A DNA stretch of 64,000 bases. It comes from Clostridia bacterium (GTDB taxonomy: Bacteria > Bacillota > Clostridia > Christensenellales > CAG-917). The notes under the pieces are model-generated. The model did not search any database and was not told the origin of the DNA. It saw nothing but the letters and a program-made list of their open reading frames with translations. Where the stretch lies: assembly GCA_017618055.1 (NCBI GenBank), contig JAFZVB010000005.1, forward strand, positions 3,136-67,135, written 5' to 3'. Within the stretch, counting starts at the first letter, position 1. Each line of letters opens with the position of its first letter. A program made the position numbers and the translations under genes. Shown here piece after piece: positions 11,148-21,079 of this stretch.

Positions 11148-11259
11148 AATCTTGCTTCCTTTTATATCGTTTTTATTTTCTATGTTTTATTCAATTTTTT
11201 TAGTTTTCAAGTATGTATTTTTTAATCTTATTTTATAAGATTACATAGACCGAATTTCG

Positions 11260-11349
11260 ACTTTTGCACCAATTTTCAAGCGACTTTTATATACTTTTGC
11301 ACCAATTTTCAAGCGACTTTTATATACTTTTGCACCAATTTTCAAGCGA
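11260..11349. repeat. 33-bp tandem repeat, ~2.7 copies
   Basis: ACTTTTGCACCAATTTTCAAGCGACTTTTATAT starts at 11260, 11293 and 11326 (last copy partial). Confidence 0.95.
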
Positions 11350-11353
11350 GTTT

Positions 11354-12367
11354 TTATTTTTTCTCTACTATTTCTTTTACTTTATTTATTGCAGATGGAA
11401 CTATGCCATCATAATTATTTTCTTTTAATTGCTCTCTACACATTGTGGATGAGATACGCTTTATTGCTTCTGGCACCTCTACGAAGACCGTATTTGCTCC
11501 GTGTTCGTCATTGTACTTTTGCATAAGCATTTCATACTCTTTATCTTCATCGTTTCGTATGGAGCGTATAAGGGCTTTTGCTCTTAAATCCTTATATAAC
11601 TCGCAAGCATATTTTTCTGAGAATATAACCTCAACTCTGCCTGCTTTTTTACCTAATTCATTTATGCTTTCTTGAATTATCTCTAACCTTTCTTCTGGTG
11701 TGAATAGATATTTCTTCTCTTCGTTCACTAAACATGCAATATAGATTTTATCAAATTGCTCTAGTGCACTCTCTACAATGGCCAAATGTCCTCTTGTAAA
11801 TGGATCAAATGAACCAGTTACTATTCCAACATTAACCTTGTATATGAAATTGAAGGAAACATTGCCCATCTCTTTCTCTTTATTAATGTAGTTTGCAGGT
11901 AGCGTAATGCTTAGTTTTTCTTTTGTATCATGTTCATAACAAAGTACTCCACCTTCTGCAAGAATGTCTCTTTCTATTATGCATTTAACTGCTCTTTCTC
12001 CTAATAAGCAATGGTATGGTGCATCTACAAAAATGACATCAAATGGCTTTGTTACACTTTGGAGATATAGAAGGTAATCTGATTTAACAACAGTTGTCCC
12101 TTCTTCCATTCCTTTTAGGTTCTTATTAATAAAATTAATACTGTCTGGATGATTGTCTACAAAAACAACTTCTTTTGCATATCTAGAATTAGCCTCTATT
12201 CCTAAGTTTCCTGTTCCTGCGAATAAGTCTAAAACTCTTGCACCTTCAACATAACCTTGGATTACATTGAAAACGGTTTCTTTAATTCTATCCATAGTTG
12301 GACGAATTCTGTCATCCTTAGGAATGTTAATAACTCTTCCTCTATACTTTCCAGATATTACTCTCAT
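11354..12367 (-). CDS. rsmD: RsmD 16S rRNA m2G966 methyltransferase fused to CoaD phosphopantetheine adenylyltransferase
   Basis: N-term MRVISGKYRG..RPT..VLDLFAGTG..DAPY; C-term GSFDPFTRGH..KKYLFTPEER..ISST; one continuous frame. Confidence 0.9.
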   Translation of the reverse strand: MRVISGKYRGRVINIPKDDRIRPTMDRIKETVFNVIQGYVEGARVLDLFAGTGNLGIEANSRYAKEVVFVDNHPDSINFINKNLKGMEEGTTVVKSDYLLYLQSVTKPFDVIFVDAPYHCLLGERAVKCIIERDILAEGGVLCYEHDTKEKLSITLPANYINKEKEMGNVSFNFIYKVNVGIVTGSFDPFTRGHLAIVESALEQFDKIYIACLVNEEKKYLFTPEERLEIIQESINELGKKAGRVEVIFSEKYACELYKDLRAKALIRSIRNDEDKEYEMLMQKYNDEHGANTVFVEVPEAIKRISSTMCREQLKENNYDGIVPSAINKVKEIVEKK

Positions 12368-12945
12368 TCTTCCCCACTAAGCTTATTATGTCTTTCTAGT
12401 CCGTCTTTGAGTACTCTTTTCTCTGTTACTATTACATCCATTTTGACATCATGTTCCTCGGTTTCAACTTTCTCAACAAGTCTGCAATCAAAGGCAATGC
12501 CTATCTTCTTGCAATCATATTGCTCAAAGAATCTGTCATAATAACCTTTTCCTCTTCCAAGTCTGTTGCACTCTTTGTCAAAAGCAACCATAGGAACAAT
12601 AGCTAGGTCAACATAAGGAGCAACTTTGCCTTTTTTAGGTTCTTGTATTCCAAATTCATCTACACCAAATTCGGTAAATGGATTAATTATAATTGGCTTC
12701 ATTGAACCATCTGAATATAACTTTGGAACACAAACAACTTTCTCTAGTGCCATAGCAAGTCCAATTAGATCAAAGGTGGAAGGTTCATCTTGCATATTTA
12801 TATAAATAAATATATTTCTAGCACTTCTAAATGCTTTGCTTGAAATAAGTTCATCTATAATTGCATTAGATGCCCATTCCTTTTCCATGTCTGTCATCTT
12901 TGCGACACGACTTTTAACCTCTTTTCTAATCTCTGATTTGGTCAT
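12364..12945 (-). CDS. 5-formyltetrahydrofolate cyclo-ligase
   Basis: GIQEP, VPMVAFD..NRLGRGKGYYDR, HDVKMD motifs. Confidence 0.92.
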   Translation of the reverse strand: MTKSEIRKEVKSRVAKMTDMEKEWASNAIIDELISSKAFRSARNIFIYINMQDEPSTFDLIGLAMALEKVVCVPKLYSDGSMKPIIINPFTEFGVDEFGIQEPKKGKVAPYVDLAIVPMVAFDKECNRLGRGKGYYDRFFEQYDCKKIGIAFDCRLVEKVETEEHDVKMDVIVTEKRVLKDGLERHNKLSGEE

Positions 12946-13328
12946 TATTTAAGTAAATCCTCTGCTTCCTTAATTTTTTCTGTTTTGATAAGGATTAATG
13001 CCTTTCCATCTTTTCTTGAATAAGAATAAATGTACTCAATATCAATCTTATTTGCTGCAAGCTTTTCTAACGTTTTAGAAAGTTCTCCAGCTTCATCAGC
13101 AACTTCTACTCCAACTAAACTTGTAATTGTAGAAATAAAGCCCTTCTCTTGAAGAATCTTTTGAGCCTTTTCATTGTCTGAAGTGAGCATTCTAACTATG
13201 CCGTACTCTGCTGTATCTGCAATATTTAAACTTTCAATGTTGATACCATTAGAGCCTAATGTTTTGATGATTGGCAATAATTTTCCTACTTCGTTTTGTG
13301 AATATACTGCTAGTTGATTAATTATCAT
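12945..13328 (-). CDS. ACT-domain protein (paaK-associated)
   Basis: QLAVYSQNEVGKL..INIESLNIADTAEYGIVR; tandem ACT domains next to paaK. Confidence 0.88.
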   Translation of the reverse strand: MIINQLAVYSQNEVGKLLPIIKTLGSNGINIESLNIADTAEYGIVRMLTSDNEKAQKILQEKGFISTITSLVGVEVADEAGELSKTLEKLAANKIDIEYIYSYSRKDGKALILIKTEKIKEAEDLLK

Positions 13329-13343
13329 AGTTAAATCCTCCCC

Positions 13344-14651
13344 TTATTCAATTACTCTGTTGTCTATTGTTCTCTTTGTCTTTCCTTCGGAAAGTGGAAC
13401 TTCTCCAGGTGCACAAAGTGTGATCTTTGCTGCAATACCAATTGCAGATGTTACTTCGTGATCTACCTTCTTTCTAAGTTTCTCAATATCTTTGATTTGG
13501 TCTGAGAAATACTTTGGATTCATCTCAACCCTAATTTCTAAGGTATCTAATAATCCTTCTCTTTCCACAACTAATAAATAGTGAGATCCGTTCAATTCTT
13601 CTATCTTTACTAAAGCAGATTCGATTTGAGATGGGAATACGTTAACTCCTCTAATAATTAACATATCATCTGTTCTACCTGTTACTCTGCTCATTCTAAC
13701 TATTGTTCTTCCACAGGTTGGACATACTCCATGTGTTATGGAACAAAGGTCTCTTGTTCTGTATCTAATAAGAGGTACACCTTGCTTTCTTAGTGTTGTA
13801 AACACTAATTCGCCTCTAACACCATCTGGAACTGGTTCTAATGTGTTAACGTCTACAACCTCTGGATAGAATAAATCTTCTTGTACGTGTAATTCTTCTG
13901 CACCACAGTTCATAGATACTCCAGGACCACTAATTTCACTTAATCCGTAAATGTCATAAGCTTTGAGATGTAACTTCTCCTCTATCTTCTCTTTCATTCC
14001 TAAGGACCATGGCTCGGCACCGAAGACACCAATTCTAAGTTTGAAATTATCTATGCTTAAGTTAGGATCTTTCTCAATTGCTTCTCCAAGGAATAATGCA
14101 TAAGATGGTGTACAACAAAGAACTGTTGCACCAAAGTCTTTCATGAGTTGTAATTGTCTTTGTGTATTACCTGTTGAACAAGGCACTACTGCACATCCCA
14201 TTAACTCGCCACCATAATGAGCACCAAGACCACCTGTAAAGAGTCCATATCCATATGAAATATGGATTATATCATCTTTTGTTACACCAGCAATTTCAAG
14301 AGATCTTGCAAATGCTTCAGACCAGTCATCTAAGTCTCTTTGTGTGTAACCAACGGTTGTGAGCTTGCCTGTTGTACCAGAACTTGCATGTATACGTACT
14401 ATGTCTTTCATTGGGCAAGCGAAGAATCCGAATGGATAATTCTCTCTTAAATCATGCTTTGTTGTGAATGGTAACTTTGTTATGTCTTTAATAGACTTAA
14501 TATCTTCTGGCTTTACACCAGCTTCGTCCATCTTTGCACGATATGCCTTTTGATTCTCATATGCGTACTTAACTTCTGCAACAAGTCTCTCACTTTGCAA
14601 TTTTTCCATATCTTCTCTAGACATGGTCATTATTTGTTCATACTTTCCCAT
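13344..14651 (-). CDS. paaK: Phenylacetate-CoA ligase
   Basis: HASSGTTGK, YGYGLFTGG, DIYGLSE, RYRTRD, GRTDDMLIIRGVNVFP. Confidence 0.95.
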   Translation of the reverse strand: MGKYEQIMTMSREDMEKLQSERLVAEVKYAYENQKAYRAKMDEAGVKPEDIKSIKDITKLPFTTKHDLRENYPFGFFACPMKDIVRIHASSGTTGKLTTVGYTQRDLDDWSEAFARSLEIAGVTKDDIIHISYGYGLFTGGLGAHYGGELMGCAVVPCSTGNTQRQLQLMKDFGATVLCCTPSYALFLGEAIEKDPNLSIDNFKLRIGVFGAEPWSLGMKEKIEEKLHLKAYDIYGLSEISGPGVSMNCGAEELHVQEDLFYPEVVDVNTLEPVPDGVRGELVFTTLRKQGVPLIRYRTRDLCSITHGVCPTCGRTIVRMSRVTGRTDDMLIIRGVNVFPSQIESALVKIEELNGSHYLLVVEREGLLDTLEIRVEMNPKYFSDQIKDIEKLRKKVDHEVTSAIGIAAKITLCAPGEVPLSEGKTKRTIDNRVIE

Positions 14652-14664
14652 TTTTTCTCCTTTA

Positions 14665-15234
14665 CTAAATGTTGTATCCTTTTTCTAGTGCTGCTTTATT
14701 TAGTTCATAAAGAGCTGGTTTTATTGTTTGCTTTAATGCACTATCTATTTCTTCAAAGCTAATTCCTAATTGCTTTGCAAGTGCTCCTATCATTACTACA
14801 TTAACAGATTTTACGGAGCCAATTTCCTTTGCAATATCAAGAGCATCAACTGCAATAAGCTTTCCACATCTCTTTTTAAGTTCTTCTAAAATATTGCTTG
14901 GATATTCTCTTGCTCCAGTAATAACTGGCATAGGCATAATTTGTTGTGTGTTAACAACAATAATTCCGCCATCTTTTAAATAATTCGTGTATCTAATGGC
15001 CTCTAATTGCTCAAAAGCAAGAATTATGTCTGCATCTTTAAGTCCAATAATTGGAGATTTTACCTCGTCTGCAATCTTAACATTAGTTACAACAGAACCA
15101 CCTCTTTGAGACATTCCGTGTACTTCACTTAACTTGCAGTCTAAGTTCTTATTTACTGCTAATGTACCTAGTATTCTAGATGCTAATAAAGTTCCTTGTC
15201 CGCCAACACCGACTATAAGTATGTTAGTTCTCAT
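14665..15234 (-). CDS. iorB: Indolepyruvate:ferredoxin oxidoreductase beta subunit
   Basis: GVGGQGTLL, SEVHGMSQRGGSV. Confidence 0.95.
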   Translation of the reverse strand: MRTNILIVGVGGQGTLLASRILGTLAVNKNLDCKLSEVHGMSQRGGSVVTNVKIADEVKSPIIGLKDADIILAFEQLEAIRYTNYLKDGGIIVVNTQQIMPMPVITGAREYPSNILEELKKRCGKLIAVDALDIAKEIGSVKSVNVVMIGALAKQLGISFEEIDSALKQTIKPALYELNKAALEKGYNI

Positions 15235-16964
15235 TTCTCTTCTCCTCCTTTAATAGCATTGAATTTACAAAGTTGCTTACATACACCACATCCAACACAT
15301 TGTGCCGAATTAATAAGTGCTGAACCATCTTTTTGTTTATATATTGCTGGACATCCTATCTTTAAGCACATTCCACATTTCTTACACTCCTCTATATTGA
15401 GTGCAGGTTTTGCTTTATATGTCTTTAAGAGTGCACATGGATGCTTTGCTATAACAACAGAAACACCATCTGTGTTAACAGCATTCTTTACTGCTCTTTC
15501 TACTTCTGCTAAATCATAACTATCTACTATGTCTAAACTCTTAACACCAATTGTCTTAACAAGATCGTCAAGTGGAAGTATTGGAGCTGGTGTATTTTTA
15601 AGTGTTAAACCAGTTGCTGGATGTTGTTGGTGTCCTGTCATACCGGTTGTAGAATTATCTAAGATAATTAATGTCATATTAGAGCCATTATAAACTGCAT
15701 TTACAAGGCCTGTAATACCGCTGTGAATGAAGGTGCTATCTCCAATGACTGCTACTGTGTGTTTGGATTGTTCTCTTCCTAGAGCCTTTTCAAATCCGTG
15801 TGCGATACCTACGCTTGCGCCCATACATACAACTGTGTCTACAGAGCTAAGTGGTGCAACTGCTCCAAGTGTGTAACAACCAATATCTGCTGAAACTGTA
15901 AGCTTAAGTTTAGAAAGGATATAGAATACTCCTCTGTGTGGACATCCTGCACACATAACAGGAGGTCTAACTGGAAGGTCTATCTTCTCTACATCTACCT
16001 TCTCTCCAAGTACTCTTTCCTTTATTAAGGAAACAGAATACTCACCTTGAAGTGTGAATAAGTTTTTGCCATCACATTCAATACCATTTGCTTTAAGTTG
16101 GTTTTCAAAGAATGGTTCTAGTTCTTCTATAACTATTACTCTCTTAACTTTCTTTGCAAATGCTTTAATTTGTTCAATCGCAACAGGATATACCATTCCG
16201 AGTTTATAAATAGATGCATTTGGAAGTGCTTCTCTTACGTATTGATATACAATACCAGAACAAACAACACCAATTTTTGTATCTCTTATCTCTTCCCTGT
16301 TGAACCATACTCCAGCATTTAAATCTGCTTTGAGTTTATTCTCTCTTGCTTCAACCTTAACATGTCTTCCAATTGCAGAAGAAGGCATCATAGTATACTT
16401 GGTTATGTCTTTGACATACTTCTTATCTTCAACCTCTACTCTTTCTTCTTCCTCTACAAAGCTTTGGGAGTGTGCAAGTCTTGTTGTTGTTCTTATAAAG
16501 ACTGGTGTGTCATATTCTTCAGAAAGCTTGAATGCAAGTTTTGTAAACTCTTTTGCCTCTGCACTATCAGAAGGTTCTAGCATTGGAACATGTGCTGCTC
16601 TTGCATAGAATCTAGAATCTTGCTCATTTTGGGATGAATGCATTCCTGGATCGTCTGCTGCAACCATAACCATACCACCATTAACACCAGTATATGCTGC
16701 TGTGAAAAGTGGGTCTGCTGCAACATTAACACCAACGTGCTTCATACATGCCATAGATCTTACTCCTGCTATGGATGCACCAACTGCAACTTCAGTTGCA
16801 ACCTTTTCATTTGGTGCCCATTCTGCATATACCTCTGGATATTTAGCAATAATCTCACTAATTTCCGTGGAAGGTGTGCCTGGATATGAGGATACAACCT
16901 TTACTCCGGCTTCATATGCACCACGAGCAATTGCTTCGTTACCTAACATAAGTTTTTTTGCCAT
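15231..16964 (-). CDS. iorA: Indolepyruvate:ferredoxin oxidoreductase alpha subunit
   Basis: GNEAIARG, YPGTPSTE, CAGCPHR, GDSTF ThDP motif, C-terminal ferredoxin Cys motifs. Confidence 0.95.
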   Translation of the reverse strand: MAKKLMLGNEAIARGAYEAGVKVVSSYPGTPSTEISEIIAKYPEVYAEWAPNEKVATEVAVGASIAGVRSMACMKHVGVNVAADPLFTAAYTGVNGGMVMVAADDPGMHSSQNEQDSRFYARAAHVPMLEPSDSAEAKEFTKLAFKLSEEYDTPVFIRTTTRLAHSQSFVEEEERVEVEDKKYVKDITKYTMMPSSAIGRHVKVEARENKLKADLNAGVWFNREEIRDTKIGVVCSGIVYQYVREALPNASIYKLGMVYPVAIEQIKAFAKKVKRVIVIEELEPFFENQLKANGIECDGKNLFTLQGEYSVSLIKERVLGEKVDVEKIDLPVRPPVMCAGCPHRGVFYILSKLKLTVSADIGCYTLGAVAPLSSVDTVVCMGASVGIAHGFEKALGREQSKHTVAVIGDSTFIHSGITGLVNAVYNGSNMTLIILDNSTTGMTGHQQHPATGLTLKNTPAPILPLDDLVKTIGVKSLDIVDSYDLAEVERAVKNAVNTDGVSVVIAKHPCALLKTYKAKPALNIEECKKCGMCLKIGCPAIYKQKDGSALINSAQCVGCGVCKQLCKFNAIKGGEEK

Positions 16965-16980
16965 ATATATACCTCTTTTT

Positions 16981-19164
16981 TTATCTTCCGTTTCCGTAAT
17001 AGTTTATTAAGCAACCATCTAGAATAATTTGCTTTTCATCATCTGTTAGTTGGTCTAAAGATAATGTAATGGTCTTCTTTTCGTTGTTTCTAATTAAAGT
17101 TGCTTCCACATCCTTTTTACCAGATGCAATGTATTCTCTAATATTCTTTATAAGAATATAATCTCCAAGTTCAAACTCATCATTTGCATTTATAAATGGA
17201 ACCATACCCCAGTTAATTAAGTTAGAACGATATCTCTTTGTAGCATATTCTCTTGCTATATTTGCACCACCACCTAAGAATCTTTGGCAACTTGCTGCTT
17301 GTTCTCTTGCAGAGCCATCTCCTGGTTTATTTGCAAATACTACACTAGCAATTGAAACATCCTTTGTATCTAGTCCTAGTTCTTTTGCGATTGCATCTTT
17401 TCCATCTCTAACTGTTTTGGATCTAGCAACATATCCTGGATCTTTTCTAGAGAGTGCAAATTCTGCAAGTCTTAATGGGTTAGAACGGTATGAAGATGTT
17501 TCGCCACTTGGAATAAGTTCATCTGTTGTGGTTACTGGGTCTTTAATTACAGAGCAAACCTTTAACAAAAGGTTATTTTTGAGTTCTTCTATCTTAGGAA
17601 TGTCTGTTATGTTTGGACCATATACAAGTTCTTCCTTTGGATTTGCTTTCTTGTATCCGTTATATACTCTGTTTGCATATATGGATTTATCAAAATTGAA
17701 TTCATCAAAATTCTCGTCAAAGTCTAGTCCTAAAGCGGATGTTAAAACACCACCATTTGCTGCTGTTGCTGCAATAGATCTAGCATCCATGAGTGCTACA
17801 GATGCAATTTGTCCATCTGCTGGCTTACTTCCTTCTCTTCTTTCAAAGTTTCTTGTTGTATGTCTAATGGATAATCCATTATTGCAAGGAACGTCTCCTG
17901 CACCGAAACATGGACCACAGAAACATGGTTTAAGCACAGCACCACTTTCTATTAAAGAAGATACTGAACCACCTTTAACAAGTGATAATAGTGTTGGCTC
18001 TGAACCTGGATATACGGTTAGCGTGAATGCACCATTTCCAATGTTCTTACCTTTTAAGATATTTGCTGCTGTGGCGATGTTATCATAAGTGCCACCTGCA
18101 CAACCTGCAATAACTGCTTGGTTAACTTGTACCTTTCCATTAACTATCTTGTCTCTAAGTTTGAATTCTCCATCTTTAAGTTTAAGAAGTTTTGTTCCTT
18201 TTTCTTCTACTTCTTTAAGAACCTTTTCTGGATTGTTAATTACTTCTTCTAATGAATAAACATTAGATGGGTGGAATGGGAGTGCAATAACTGGTTCAAT
18301 TTTGTCTAAGTCTACTATAATTGCTCTGTCATACTCTGCACCATCTTTAGGAGCGAGTTTCTTATAATCTCCCTTTCTTCCAAATTTATCTAGATAATTT
18401 TCAACCTTTTCGTCTGTTTCCCAAATTGAGGATAAACAAGCTGATTCTGTTGTCATTACATCTATTCCGTTACGATATTCTATAGGCAATGATTTAATAC
18501 CATCTCCAACGAATTCTAATACTGCATTCTTTACAAAACCTTCTGCATATGTAGAACCAATGATAGAAAGTGCAACGTCCATTGGACCAACACCCTTTCT
18601 TGGTTTTCCTTTAAGATATACCGCTATTACCTTTGGATATGGAATGTCATAAGTTCTGCTAAGCAATTGCTTAACTAGTTCTGGTCCACCTTCACCAATT
18701 GCCATAGTACCTAATGCACCATATCTTGTATGGGAGTCTGAACCAAGAATCATCTTTCCACAGCCAGCGAACATCTCTCTCATGAAAGTATGAATAACTG
18801 CAAAGGAAGCTGGAACATATATTCCACCAAACTTCTTTGCACAAGATAATCCGAATACGTGGTCATCTTCGTTAATTGTTCCGCCTACTGCACAAAGTGA
18901 GTTATGACAGTTTGTTAAAACATAAGGAATTGGGAACTCTTTAAGACCAGATGCCTTTGCTGTTTGAATGATACCAACATATGTGATGTCATGGCTTGCT
19001 AAAGCATCAAACTTGATCTTTAAAGCGTTGTCGTCTCCACTGTTATGATTGCTCAAAATTGAATATGCTATGGTATTCTTTCTGCTACCATTACTGCACT
19101 CTGTTTTAAGCTCACCATTAACATAGTATGCTTTCTCGTTTACTAAAGTAATTCCTTTAATCAT
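16981..19164 (-). CDS. Aconitase-family hydratase (YbhJ-like)
   Basis: SHDITYVGI, NCHNSLC, GSDSHTRYG, GCAGG, CGPCFG, TTDELIPSG, GSAREQA. Confidence 0.9.
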   Translation of the reverse strand: MIKGITLVNEKAYYVNGELKTECSNGSRKNTIAYSILSNHNSGDDNALKIKFDALASHDITYVGIIQTAKASGLKEFPIPYVLTNCHNSLCAVGGTINEDDHVFGLSCAKKFGGIYVPASFAVIHTFMREMFAGCGKMILGSDSHTRYGALGTMAIGEGGPELVKQLLSRTYDIPYPKVIAVYLKGKPRKGVGPMDVALSIIGSTYAEGFVKNAVLEFVGDGIKSLPIEYRNGIDVMTTESACLSSIWETDEKVENYLDKFGRKGDYKKLAPKDGAEYDRAIIVDLDKIEPVIALPFHPSNVYSLEEVINNPEKVLKEVEEKGTKLLKLKDGEFKLRDKIVNGKVQVNQAVIAGCAGGTYDNIATAANILKGKNIGNGAFTLTVYPGSEPTLLSLVKGGSVSSLIESGAVLKPCFCGPCFGAGDVPCNNGLSIRHTTRNFERREGSKPADGQIASVALMDARSIAATAANGGVLTSALGLDFDENFDEFNFDKSIYANRVYNGYKKANPKEELVYGPNITDIPKIEELKNNLLLKVCSVIKDPVTTTDELIPSGETSSYRSNPLRLAEFALSRKDPGYVARSKTVRDGKDAIAKELGLDTKDVSIASVVFANKPGDGSAREQAASCQRFLGGGANIAREYATKRYRSNLINWGMVPFINANDEFELGDYILIKNIREYIASGKKDVEATLIRNNEKKTITLSLDQLTDDEKQIILDGCLINYYGNGR

Positions 19165-20587
19165 TGTTTGCTCCTATATATAACGTTAAATATTTGAAGT
19201 TGTATTCACCTTGTTCTTTTTGTGCTCTTTCTACAAACCCTAATTTCTTTAAATTATTTAAAGAAGGTTCGTTGTTATATTGTACAACTGCACATAGCGT
19301 ACAAGGCTTTATGTATTCCTTTGCCCACTCTATTACTTTCTCACAAACAGCTCTTCCATATCCTCTTCTTCTGTACTGTTCATCTACCATTATTCCAGAG
19401 AATTCTAGGAATTGTCCTTCTTCTTTAGTACCACCACAGATATCTCTAAGCATATTGCCGTATTCTCTATCTGGGTCTATTCCACAAGTTGCTGCAATCT
19501 TGCCGTCTATAATGCGTGCATACATAAACCCGTGTGTGAGTATGTACTCTAGTTCGTCTGGCTTGAAATTTAGGAAGAACTTTATGTCTTTTAATGCCTG
19601 CCTATTTCTTTCTAAGAATTCCATTGTGGCATCATAGTCATCTTCCTCTAATTGTACATAGCCATCCTTTATATCTTCTATCTTTTGAGATGCAAAGACT
19701 TTGCCAAGCTCTCCTCTGTATTTTTTGTCTATAATTGCATAGGTTTCAAACATATGATCCGGATTGTAACTGAGTTTGGACTTCTTCAATCCTTCAATTC
19801 CCATATCTTCTTGCCTATTTATATAATTACAATTATATAGATATTCTTTTGCAAAAGTTTTCGCAAGAAAAGTGTAACTACCCTCATAGTTAATGTCTGC
19901 TTTTTCATACATAACAATTGCATTGTTACTAGACATTATTTCGGCTATTGTTACGCCTATAATCTTGCCTTCCACAAAGAGTATTGCACAAATTAGGTTT
20001 CCCTTTTCCACCTCATCTAACATTTGAACAAGTCTATTAATTTCCTCGTCCAAGTCATAGTTAACTAAGGTGTCTTGGCTTACTTCTTTATCTATTACCC
20101 AGGCAGATGCAAACTTCATTACATCTTCCCTGTATTTTCTTTCGTAGCTAACAAGAGTTGCATTTGGATATAACTTACTAAACTTAGCTATATGATTCCT
20201 CTTGCCGTGATACTTCTTGCCAACCATATCCACAAAATCTTTTGCTTTGTAAATGTATTCACTTTCAGATGGATAGCATTTAATCGCATATCTATCCTTG
20301 TCAATTTGGTCTACATCCTCTTTTCTAGCAAAGAATATTGCTTCGTTTTCTGGAATATCTTTTATTGCTTCTGCAAATGAGTCATACGTTAAAGGTGCCC
20401 AGTTTACAGGATCATCACTTTCATAGTATGCCCTTAAATACAAAGTATTTTCCTTTATGCAATACTCATAGTCTCTGAACCATGCAATGAATGCACAAAA
20501 TGAATATATGGAGCCCTCATAATTATTGTCCTTTATCCATTTGTTTATGAATTCAAAGGCTGTACTATCTAGTTTTTTATATTCCAT
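19157..20587 (-). CDS. DUF2156-like (aminoacyl-transferase GNAT fold) protein fused to a C-terminal GNAT acetyltransferase
   Basis: GKKYHGKRNHI, EKA..Y.GSY, INRQEDMGIEGLKKSKLSY.P; C-term V..QYRRRGYG..N.PS...KKLGF. Confidence 0.8.
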   Translation of the reverse strand: MEYKKLDSTAFEFINKWIKDNNYEGSIYSFCAFIAWFRDYEYCIKENTLYLRAYYESDDPVNWAPLTYDSFAEAIKDIPENEAIFFARKEDVDQIDKDRYAIKCYPSESEYIYKAKDFVDMVGKKYHGKRNHIAKFSKLYPNATLVSYERKYREDVMKFASAWVIDKEVSQDTLVNYDLDEEINRLVQMLDEVEKGNLICAILFVEGKIIGVTIAEIMSSNNAIVMYEKADINYEGSYTFLAKTFAKEYLYNCNYINRQEDMGIEGLKKSKLSYNPDHMFETYAIIDKKYRGELGKVFASQKIEDIKDGYVQLEEDDYDATMEFLERNRQALKDIKFFLNFKPDELEYILTHGFMYARIIDGKIAATCGIDPDREYGNMLRDICGGTKEEGQFLEFSGIMVDEQYRRRGYGRAVCEKVIEWAKEYIKPCTLCAVVQYNNEPSLNNLKKLGFVERAQKEQGEYNFKYLTLYIGANND

Positions 20588-21079
20588 TTATTTCTTTTTC
20601 TTATCTTCTTTTGAGTGGGAATGTACCTCGTACATTAAGCTTGGGCATTTCTCTCTAAGTGCTACATAGAAAGCGTCAAAACACTTCTTGTTAATGTTTA
20701 ATACATACTCACTATATTTTTGTACATCTCCCTCTTCTTTCATAAGAACGAGTGTGTACTCATCTAAGATTCTGTTGTATCTAATTTCCATTACATGCTC
20801 GTAGTCTACACTTTCAGGAATTAAGAACAGTATGGAAAATTTCTTCTTCCCAACAATATACCCACTAGCAAGCAACACATATAAAGCAAGAATGAGTATT
20901 ACAGCAAGGACTGCAAGAGATGTTGCATAAAGCACCTCATTGCCACCAGACTTTAATACTCCGGTTAAGAATAATATCTCAATTATCATGGATATAAATG
21001 AACCAACTACAACAACACAAAATAGTGCTGTTTTTAGTTTTCCAAAATACATCCTAAAGAAATTCTTATTCTTGTTCAT
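20588..21079 (-). CDS. Hypothetical membrane protein (2 TM)
   Basis: Two hydrophobic helices; tightly packed in the operon. Confidence 0.7.
   Translation of the reverse strand: MNKNKNFFRMYFGKLKTALFCVVVVGSFISMIIEILFLTGVLKSGGNEVLYATSLAVLAVILILALYVLLASGYIVGKKKFSILFLIPESVDYEHVMEIRYNRILDEYTLVLMKEEGDVQKYSEYVLNINKKCFDAFYVALREKCPSLMYEVHSHSKEDKKKK

Noticed and set aside
11260-11349. Possible CRISPR array
   Set aside because: Units are head-to-tail identical with no unique spacers, and there are no cas genes in the window
12945-16964. iorAB-paaK-ACT cluster as a novelty
   Set aside because: Common, well-known arrangement in anaerobes
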